64,000 nt of DNA from an uncultured Chloroflexia bacterium. Lineage in GTDB: Bacteria > Chloroflexota > Dehalococcoidia > DSTF01 > JALHUB01. The notes under the pieces were generated by a model. The model was not told the origin of the DNA. It made no database searches and worked only from the letters and a program-made list of their open reading frames with translations. A program made the position numbers and the translations under genes. Of the stretch, positions 54,807 to 64,000 are shown one piece after another (within the stretch, counting starts at the first letter, position 1; every line of letters begins with the position of its first letter). The stretch covers positions 32,001 to 96,000 of the forward strand of contig CAVSBT010000037.1 of NCBI GenBank assembly GCA_963726245.1, in the 5' to 3' direction.

Positions 54807-55963
54807 AGATCGGACTCATTTCGCCGTACGACTTCGCCGTGCCGGGTGGCGTCAACTCCCACATCGAGCACCTGGCCGAGAACTTCGAGCGATTGGGCCA
54901 CGAGGTGCGCATAGTAGCGCCCTGCTCACGACCCCGGGCAGCCACCCTGGGGAAGAACGTTGTCTGCATCGGGCGACCGATCGGCGTGCCGGCCAGCGGC
55001 TCGGTGGCCCGCATCGCCCTCTCCCTGCGGCTGGCCCCGCAGGTGAGGCGGGCGCTGGCGGCGGAGAGCTTCGACGTGGTCCATATCCACGAGCCCTTCG
55101 TGCCGTTCCTGCCCGTCCAGTTCCTGCGCTTCTCAGACGCGACCAACGTCGCCACCTTCCACGCCGCCAAAGAGGGCGGCAGCCGCTGGTACGCTTACGG
55201 GCGGCGGGTGCTGCGCCGCTGGTTCCGAAACCTGGACGGCAAGATCGCCGTCTCCCTGTCGGCCATGCGCCTGATAGGCCGCTACTTCCCCGGCTACTAC
55301 AACATCATCCCCAACGGCGTCGACGTGAGCCACTTCTCGGCGCCCGCGGAGCCCCTGCCCCAGTACTGCGACGGCAAGCTAAACATTCTCTTCGTGGGCC
55401 GGCTGGAGAAGCGCAAGGGGGTCGCCAACCTCCTGCGGGCCTACACGCGCGTGAAGCAAGAGATGCCGGAGACGCGCCTCATCATCGTCGGGCCGGAGAC
55501 GCGCCTTAAGCAGGGCTACGAGCGCACGGTGAAGGAGGCGGGCCTCGAGGACGTGGTGTTCGCCGGCTTCGCTCCCTACGATGAGCTGCCGCGCTACCAC
55601 CGCACGGCCCACGTCTTCTGCGCCCCGGCCACCGGCAACGAGAGCCAGGGCATCGTCCTGCTGGAGGCGATGGCCGCCGGCAAGCCCATCGTAGCGAGCA
55701 ACATCGAGGGCTACGCCGGCGTCCTCACCCACGGCATCGAAGGCCTGCTGGTCCTGCCCAAGAACACCGAGGGCCTGGCCGAAGCCCTGCTCCAGCTCCT
55801 GCGCGACCCGGAGCTGCGTCAGACGATGGGCGAGCGGGGACGGCTGCGGGCGCCCGAGTTTGGCTGGGAGCGCATCTCCCAACGCGTCCTCTCCTACTAC
55901 GAGCGCCTGCGCTACGAGAAGCAGACCGGCCCGTCGCCGGAGGAGGAGGTCGTCAGCCAGTGA
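54803..55963 (+). CDS. GT4 glycosyltransferase, PimA-like
   Basis: SPYDFAVPGGV..H, HIHEP, RKG, ESQGIVLLEAMAAG. Confidence 0.9.
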   Translation: MKIGLISPYDFAVPGGVNSHIEHLAENFERLGHEVRIVAPCSRPRAATLGKNVVCIGRPIGVPASGSVARIALSLRLAPQVRRALAAESFDVVHIHEPFVPFLPVQFLRFSDATNVATFHAAKEGGSRWYAYGRRVLRRWFRNLDGKIAVSLSAMRLIGRYFPGYYNIIPNGVDVSHFSAPAEPLPQYCDGKLNILFVGRLEKRKGVANLLRAYTRVKQEMPETRLIIVGPETRLKQGYERTVKEAGLEDVVFAGFAPYDELPRYHRTAHVFCAPATGNESQGIVLLEAMAAGKPIVASNIEGYAGVLTHGIEGLLVLPKNTEGLAEALLQLLRDPELRQTMGERGRLRAPEFGWERISQRVLSYYERLRYEKQTGPSPEEEVVSQ

Positions 55964-56613
55964 AGGGGCCTGCCACGAGCGGCAAGACGTTCACGCTGCT
56001 GCCTCACTCGCTGCCCCGGCGATTCATCGATCCGGTGGCCCTGGCCGTCTCGCGGACGGGCCTGACTCCCAACGCCCTCACCGCTCTAGGGCTGGTCGGC
56101 AGCCTGGCGGCGGCGGCGCTGGTGGCCGGCGGCTACTTCCTCGTCGGGGGGCTGGTGGTGCTGGCGGCGGCGGCCCTGGACCTCCTGGACGGCGCCCTGG
56201 CCCGCGCCACCGGTCGCGTCACCATCTTCGGCGGCGTCTTCGACTCCGTCCTCGACCGGCTGGGCGAAGCGGCGGTGCTGGGCGGCGTGCTCTTCCACTT
56301 CAGCGAAGGGGGCCACCGCCCGGAGGTGATGCTGACCTTCATCGCCGTCGTCGGGTCGATAACGGTGAGCTACGTGCGGGCGCGCGCCGAGGCCGCGGGC
56401 CTGAAGCTGACCGATGGCATATTCACCCGCCCGGAGCGGGTCATCGTCCTCGGGCTGGGGCTGATGGTCGACCAGATGCTCATCGCCCTCTGGATCCTGG
56501 CCGTGCTCACGGTCTTCACCGCCCTGCAGCGCCTGTTCGTCGTCTGGCGACGGCTGGAGCGGCGAGAAACCGCCGCCTTCGTTGCAGGACCGCCACAAGG
56601 GGTAGAGCCGTGA
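55960..56613 (+). CDS. CDP-alcohol phosphatidyltransferase (phosphatidylinositol-phosphate synthase-like)
   Basis: TPNALT, DLLDGALAR...GGVFDSVLDR, VSYVRARAE, RPER. Confidence 0.9.
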   Translation: MKGPATSGKTFTLLPHSLPRRFIDPVALAVSRTGLTPNALTALGLVGSLAAAALVAGGYFLVGGLVVLAAAALDLLDGALARATGRVTIFGGVFDSVLDRLGEAAVLGGVLFHFSEGGHRPEVMLTFIAVVGSITVSYVRARAEAAGLKLTDGIFTRPERVIVLGLGLMVDQMLIALWILAVLTVFTALQRLFVVWRRLERRETAAFVAGPPQGVEP

Positions 56614-57371
56614 TACCGCTTCGAGAGCAGGAGTACATCAAGGAGGCGTTCGCCCGGGAGCTGGTGGGCCCGGTGCGCATCGACTACTTCACGCAGCGAG
56701 CCAGCGCGCTCTACGTGCCGGGTCGCGAGGAGTGCGCCTACTGCGAGGACGTGCGCCAGATGCTCGAGGAGCTGGCCGCCCTCAACGACAAGATCAAGCT
56801 CACGGTGCACGAGTTCCGGGACGCCCGCGAGGCGGCGTCCCGCCTGGGCGTGGATAAGATACCGGGCATCGTCATCCGCGGGCCGGCCAACCGAGCCATC
56901 AAGTTCTATGGCATGCCGACCGGCCACGAGTTCCCCGGCCTCATCGACAACATTGTGGACGCATCGCGGGGGAAGGTGGACCTGGCGCCGGAGACCGTCC
57001 GGCGTCTCAAGAAGCTGAAGCAGGACGTGTCCATCCAGGTCCTGGTCACCCCCACCTGACCGCACTGTCCGGTTGTGGCGCGTGCCGCCCACAAGATGGC
57101 CCTGGAGAGCCCCCGCATTCGAGCCGACGTCGTCGAGGTCAGCGAGTTCCCCCGCCTGGCACAGCGCTACCAGGTGCGCGGCGTCCCCACCACCGTCCTC
57201 AACGAGCAGACGCTGGTAGTGGGGGCGATGGACGAGCGCATGCTGCTCGAACAGGTGATGAAGGTGGCCGAGGGCGCCGGCCTCCCGCCGCCTTCGGGCC
57301 AGGCAGGCGCCACGACACCCACCCAGGAGGCCCCGCAGCAGCAACAGCGGCCGGCCGGCGGCGGTAGCTGA
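56610..57371 (+). CDS. Protein disulfide oxidoreductase (double thioredoxin fold), probable selenoprotein (TGA 57057-57059 = Sec)
   Basis: N-terminal CAYC; in-frame TPT-TGA-PHC continuing to YQVRGVP. Confidence 0.85.
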
Positions 57372-57684
57372 TACTGCCGTAACCCCTGCCCGTTCGTGAC
57401 CCCGGTCCCGCGAAATCCCCGCCCCGGATCTGGGCACGACCCCGGCGTGAAGAGGCAGTTACGCAAGTCCGTAGGCCAGGCTTTCCAGCCTGGCCGCACG
57501 AGAGGCACCGAGGCTAGAAAGCCTCGGCTACGGTGTTCTGCAACACCCTCTGAACGCCGGAGACAAGTAGGGGCGCAGCATGCTGCGCCCCTACGGACGC
57601 GGCACAAAGAATCTGTCGGGTCTCAAGACAGATGTTTCGTTTGACGCCGTCTATACAGGCTCCGTCACCCCCCGGAAACCCCAC

Positions 57685-57713
57685 TTGACAGTGGTTCGGG
57701 CCGGTGCTAGATT
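57685..57713 (+). promoter_or_regulatory. Sigma70 promoter of the hrcA operon
   Basis: TTGACA-17bp-TAGATT with TG extension. Confidence 0.8.
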
Positions 57714-57723
57714 CTGATCGTAG

Positions 57724-57750
57724 TTAGCACTCTCACGGTTAGAGTGCTAA
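57724..57750 (+). promoter_or_regulatory. CIRCE element
   Basis: TTAGCACTC-N9-GAGTGCTAA perfect consensus upstream of hrcA. Confidence 0.97.
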
Positions 57751-57794
57751 TTGACGAAAGGAGCCCCTCGGGCAGAGTCCCCGGGGGAGAAGGC

Positions 57795-58808
57795 ATGCTG
57801 GCGGAGCGTCGCTCTCAGATCCTGCGACTCATCGTCGAAGAGTACGTGGACTCGGCGGTGCCGGTGGGCTCAGAGACCATCGTGCGCAAGCACCGCCTGC
57901 CCGTCTCCTCGGCCACCATTCGCAACGAGATGGCGAGGCTGGAGGAAGAGGGGTACATCACCCACCCTCACACCTCGGCGGGGCGCGTGCCCTCCGACAC
58001 GGGCTATCGCTACTACGTCGAGAGCCTGATGGAGGAGCAGGACCTCACGCCGGAGGAGAGGGAGACCATTCGCCACCAGTTCCACCAGGCCGGGCGTGAG
58101 CTGGAGGAGTGGGTCCGCCTGGCGGCGGCCGTCCTCGCCCAGTCGGTGCGCAACATGGCCGTGGTCACCACGCCGCGCTCGCCCCACTGCCGCCTCAAGC
58201 ACCTGGAGCTGGTCAGCCTGCATGACATGGTGGTCCTGCTCGTCCTGGTGCTCCACGACGGGCGGCTCGTGCAGCAGATCATGACGCTCTCGGAGGCGCT
58301 GAACCAGGACGACCTCACCGCCGCGGCGCACAAGATGACGGACCTCTACAAAGGGCTGACTGCCTACCAGGTCCGGAGCAAGGCGGTGGAGCTGTCCACC
58401 CTGGAATCGCAGGTCGTGGAGCGGGTCCAGGCCCTCCTGACCACAGAGGACGAGGGCCGCTTCGACGAGGTCTGCCTGGAGGGGGTGCCCCTGGTCCTCG
58501 GCCAGCCCGAGTTCTCGCACACCGAGAAGATGCTCGACCTGCTGGCGGTGCTCGACGAGTACAGCCTGACGCGCCTGCTGCCCCTGCGCAGCCTGGCCGG
58601 CGAAGGCATCACCGTCGTCATCGGGCATGAGAACCGGGAGGACGTCCTGAGCGAGTGCAGCCTGCTGGTGACTCGCTACGGCGTGCCGGGCGCCCTCAGC
58701 GGCGCCCTGGCGGTGCTGGGCCCCACCCGCATGCGTTACCCGCGCACCATATCCACCGTGCGCTACCTGAGCGCCCTCATGAGCGATCTCGTCAGCCAGT
58801 ACGTCTAG
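57795..58808 (+). CDS. hrcA: Heat-inducible transcription repressor
   Basis: PVGS, SSATIRNEM, PHTSAGRVPSD.GYRYYV, GPTRM.Y. Confidence 0.97.
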   Translation: MLAERRSQILRLIVEEYVDSAVPVGSETIVRKHRLPVSSATIRNEMARLEEEGYITHPHTSAGRVPSDTGYRYYVESLMEEQDLTPEERETIRHQFHQAGRELEEWVRLAAAVLAQSVRNMAVVTTPRSPHCRLKHLELVSLHDMVVLLVLVLHDGRLVQQIMTLSEALNQDDLTAAAHKMTDLYKGLTAYQVRSKAVELSTLESQVVERVQALLTTEDEGRFDEVCLEGVPLVLGQPEFSHTEKMLDLLAVLDEYSLTRLLPLRSLAGEGITVVIGHENREDVLSECSLLVTRYGVPGALSGALAVLGPTRMRYPRTISTVRYLSALMSDLVSQYV

Positions 58809-58841
58809 CAAGGAGCGCTGGCGGAGCAGGGTGATGATGCC

Positions 58842-59462
58842 ATGACGGAGAAAAAGAAAGAAAAGCACGACGAACACATCGTCGACCGGCGCGCATCCTC
58901 GCGCCTGGGCGGCGACGACGCCCCCGGCGAGGCCGCCGTGGAGGAGACGCCTGTAGAGGCGGAGGACATCGAGACGCTGAAGGCCCGTGTGGAGGAGGAG
59001 AAGTCGAAGGCGGAGTCCTACCTGGCGAACTGGCAGCGCGCCGCCGCCGACTACCAGAACCTCAAGCGCCGGGCCGAGAAGGAGCGCGAGGAGTACGGCC
59101 GCCTGGCCACCGCCGCCCTCGTCATCAACATCCTGCCCCTGCTCGACGACCTGGAGCGGGCGCTCCAGAGCGTCGACATCCGGCTGGCGGGGCTGACCTG
59201 GGTGGACGGCATCCGCCTCATCTATCGCAAGTTCCAGGCCGTCATGGAGGCGGCCGGCGTCAACGAGATCAAGGCGGAGGGCGAGGCCTTTGACCCCAAC
59301 CTGCACGAGGCCGTCATGTACGGCGAGGGCGAGGAGGGGAAGGTAGTCTCCGAGGTCCAGAAGGGGTACCGCCTCGGCGACCGCGTCATCCGCCCCGCGA
59401 TGGTGGTGGTAGGGAAGAAGGCCGAGGCAGGGGAGGAGAAGCGGGACACGCCTGCGGGATGA
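58842..59462 (+). CDS. grpE: Nucleotide exchange factor
   Basis: RAAADYQNLKRR, FDPNLHEAV, QKGY..GDRVIRPAMV. Confidence 0.96.
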   Translation: MTEKKKEKHDEHIVDRRASSRLGGDDAPGEAAVEETPVEAEDIETLKARVEEEKSKAESYLANWQRAAADYQNLKRRAEKEREEYGRLATAALVINILPLLDDLERALQSVDIRLAGLTWVDGIRLIYRKFQAVMEAAGVNEIKAEGEAFDPNLHEAVMYGEGEEGKVVSEVQKGYRLGDRVIRPAMVVVGKKAEAGEEKRDTPAG

Positions 59463-59628
59463 ATCCCGCAGCTTCTTTGCAAGGAACCCGCAGAAGGGCG
59501 AGCTGAAGCTCGCCGCTACGACGAGATAGATTCTGAGTGCGTCCAAGAGGGCGGCGGAGCCCTCGCTTTGTCAGGGGGACAGCAGGCGACTGCCCACTTT
59601 CGAAATCAACAATCCCGGGAGGGAGACT

Positions 59629-61534
<1,906 letters not shown>

Positions 61535-61574
61535 CGAACGGCGGAGCCGGAAGCAACTGTGAAACCGACGTGTT

Positions 61575-61602
61575 GAAGGGGGCGTGGCCCCCTTCTTCAT
61601 TT
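61575..61602 (+). terminator. Probable intrinsic terminator after dnaK
   Basis: GAAGGGGGC-GTG-GCCCCCTTC followed by TTCATTT. Confidence 0.65.
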
Positions 61603-61683
61603 GCGGACGGTTGACAGTGCGCCGTGTGGGGGTATGATGGCGGCAGATTGTTTAAGTCAGGCTCTAAGACAGGGAGGTTCGTT

Positions 61684-62553
61684 ATGAAACGGTGGCTACG
61701 GCACAGCTTGCCGCTAATCTGTCTGGTGCTCGTCGCCGCCCTTGTTGCGTCGGCGTGCGGAGGTGACAACGAGGAGAAAACTGCCTCCCCGACGAAGGCG
61801 CCTGCGGGCTCGCCCACGGCGTCGCTCTCGGCGGGCGTCCCGGAGCTGAGCGACGGCACCCTCCAGGTGGGCAGCGACATCGCCTATGCGCCCATCGAGT
61901 TCTACGAGGAGGGCACTCAGAACGCTACGGGCCTCGACGTGGACATGGCCAACGCCCTGGCCAAGGAGCTGGGCGTCAAGGCCGAGTTCCAGAACACCGG
62001 CTTCGACGGGATCATCTCCGCTCTCGAGGCGCAGCGCTTCGACGTCATCATGTCGGCGATGACGATCACGGCGGACGCGACAGCAGCAGATCGACTTCAT
62101 CCCCTACTTCACGGCGGGCACCGGCATCCTGGTCCAGGCCGGCAACCCGAAGAACATCCAGTCCCTCGCCGATCTCTGCGGCAAGAGCGTGGCCGTCCAG
62201 TTGGGCACCATCCAGGTGGACCAGCTCAACGCTCAAAACGAGCAGTGCACCGACGAAGATATCGATCACCACTTTTGACCAGAACCCGCTGGCCGTGGAG
62301 CAGTTGACGCTGGGCCGCGTCGACGCCGTCACCGCCGACTACCCCGTCGCCGGCAACGACGCCCGCCTGTCGCAGGGCAAGCTCGAGCTTGTGAACACGC
62401 AGTTCGAGGCGGCGCCCTACGGCATCGGCGTGCGCAAGGACTCTACAGCGCTGAACGCCGCTCTCAAGAAGGCCCTGCAGAACATCATGAACAACGGTGA
62501 GTACGACAGCGATCCTGACCAATTGGAACCTTGAGGCCGGCTCCATCAAGTAG
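61684..62553 (+). CDS. Polar amino acid ABC substrate-binding lipoprotein, multiple frameshifts
   Basis: Lipobox ASAC, YAPIEF, GLDVD, RFDVIMSAMTIT, PYGIGVRK; TTGACA-16-TATGAT upstream at 61611. Confidence 0.85.
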
Positions 62554-62644
62554 AACGCGTCTCAACCCGGCAGCACAAGCCCCCGTCCCGCCCAGCGGGC
62601 GGGGGCTTTCCATGATCACGACCGTCAACGGTTGGAGGTGACCG

Positions 62645-63490
62645 ATGGACGTATTCCTGTCGATAACATTCGATGGCGGCGCCGTCAGGGAGTTCTTCTT
62701 CAACGGCGTCATCCTCCGCGGTGTCCGCACCACCCTCGAGGTCACCGTCCTGTCCATGCTCCTCGGCGCCGTGCTGGGCATCGTCCTTGCCGTCATGCGG
62801 GTGTCCCACAGCCGGATACTGTCGGGGTTCTCGGCGTTCTACGTCTGGTTCATCCGGGGGACGCCTGTGCTGATCCAGCTCCTGGTCGTGTACAACGGCA
62901 TCCCCCAGATGGTGGGCAGCCGGGAGTTCACCCTCTTCCTGACGCCCTTCCGGAGCGCCCTCATCACCTTCAGCCTCAACGAAGCAGCCTACATGGCGGA
63001 GATCGTGCGGGCGGGCATCCAGGCCATCGAGCCGGGCCAGATGGACGCCGCCAAGTCCCTGGGCATGCCTAACCTTCAGGCGATGCGACGGGTCATCCTG
63101 CCCCAGGCGCTGCGCGTGGTCATCCCGCCCACCGGCAACGAGTTCATCGCGATGCTCAAGAACACCTCCATCGCCTTCGTCGCCGGCCTCGTGGAGCTGA
63201 CCACCGCCGCGCGCCTCATCTATTCGGTGAACTTCAAGACCATGGAGCTGCTGGTCGTCGCCTCCATCTGGTACCTGATCATGACCACCGCCTTCAGCGT
63301 GTTGCAGGCCGAGCTGGAAGCGCGCCTGGCCATCGTCGAACGCGAGCGGGTGCTTCCGCTCAGCACGCGCGTCCTGCGGGCCCTGGGCGGCAGGCCGCGA
63401 GCGCTGAAACTGTCTCACCGTTCTGCTATTCTATGGTCACGCTTGGCCACGATGGGGGTTTGGGGAAGATGGGCAGTAGCTCGAGCTTGA
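62645..63490 (+). CDS. Polar amino acid ABC permease
   Basis: IRGTPVLIQL, AAYMAEIVRAGI..I..GQ.DAA..LG. Confidence 0.94.
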   Translation: MDVFLSITFDGGAVREFFFNGVILRGVRTTLEVTVLSMLLGAVLGIVLAVMRVSHSRILSGFSAFYVWFIRGTPVLIQLLVVYNGIPQMVGSREFTLFLTPFRSALITFSLNEAAYMAEIVRAGIQAIEPGQMDAAKSLGMPNLQAMRRVILPQALRVVIPPTGNEFIAMLKNTSIAFVAGLVELTTAARLIYSVNFKTMELLVVASIWYLIMTTAFSVLQAELEARLAIVERERVLPLSTRVLRALGGRPRALKLSHRSAILWSRLATMGVWGRWAVARA

Positions 63491-64000
63491 TGCTCGACGT
63501 GCAGGGCGTGCACAAGAGGTTTGGGTCGCTGGAGGTGCTGCGCGGCGTCGACCTCCAGGTGAAGAAGGGCGAGGTGCTGGTCCTCATCGGGCCCAGCGGC
63601 TCGGGCAAGAGCACCCTCCTGCGCTGCATCAACCACCTGGAGAAGATCGACGCCGGCCACATCTACATCGACGGGCAGCTCCTGGGCTATCGCGAGGTCA
63701 ACGGGCGGCTCATCGAGGAGCCGGAGGCGCGGGTGGCCCGCGTGCGCGCCACCATCGGCATAGTGTTCCAGCGGTTCAACCTGTTCCCCCACCTGACAGC
63801 GCTGGGCAACGTCATTGAGGCGCCCATCCACGTGCGAGGCCTCTCTCGACAGCGCGCCGTCGAAGAAGCGCAGCCGCATGCTGGAGAAGGTGGGCCTCGC
63901 CGACAAGATGAACGCTTACCCATCGCAGCTATCGGGCGGGCAGCAGCAGCGGGTGGCCATCGCCCGCGCCCTGGCCATGCAGCCGAAGCTGATGCTCTTC
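63490..64000 (+). CDS. Polar amino acid ABC ATP-binding protein (3'-partial)
   Basis: [42 protein letters not shown]. Confidence 0.93.
   Translation, partial: MLDVQGVHKRFGSLEVLRGVDLQVKKGEVLVLIGPSGSGKSTLLRCINHLEKIDAGHIYIDGQLLGYREVNGRLIEEPEARVARVRATIGIVFQRFNLFPHLTALGNVIEAPIHVRGLSRQRAVEEAQPHAGEGGPRRQDERLPIAAIGRAAAAGGHRPRPGHAAEADAL

Overview
High-GC bacterial chromosome segment. Gene content and style suggest Chloroflexota (Dehalococcoidia-like), which is inference only. It is mostly housekeeping and metabolic genes: rdgB, moaA/moaC, a GH1 glycosidase, a MacAB-like ABC exporter, glpK, CIRCE-hrcA-grpE-dnaK and a polar amino acid ABC transporter. About 20 single-base frameshifts in conserved genes look like sequencing indels. 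The most striking structure is at 34.6-40.0 kb: an intact tRNA-Val(TAC) on the minus strand is trailed by four further copies of its 3' half. Each copy ends at the anticodon loop and is joined to a conserved ~70-bp non-tRNA arm. The copies delimit four small (0.75-1.7 kb) integrase-free gene cassettes, resembling a tRNA-anchored, integron-like array. Other notable items: a likely selenoprotein (UxxC disulfide oxidoreductase with a SECIS-like hairpin); an ino1 / 2x acyltransferase / PHP / PimA-like / PgsA-like phosphatidylinositol glycolipid operon; a DUF134 metal operon with a palindromic operator and a His/Cys tandem-repeat protein; an MTase plus Mrr-like nuclease pair; a 26-aa Lys-rich microprotein; and several REP-like palindrome families.
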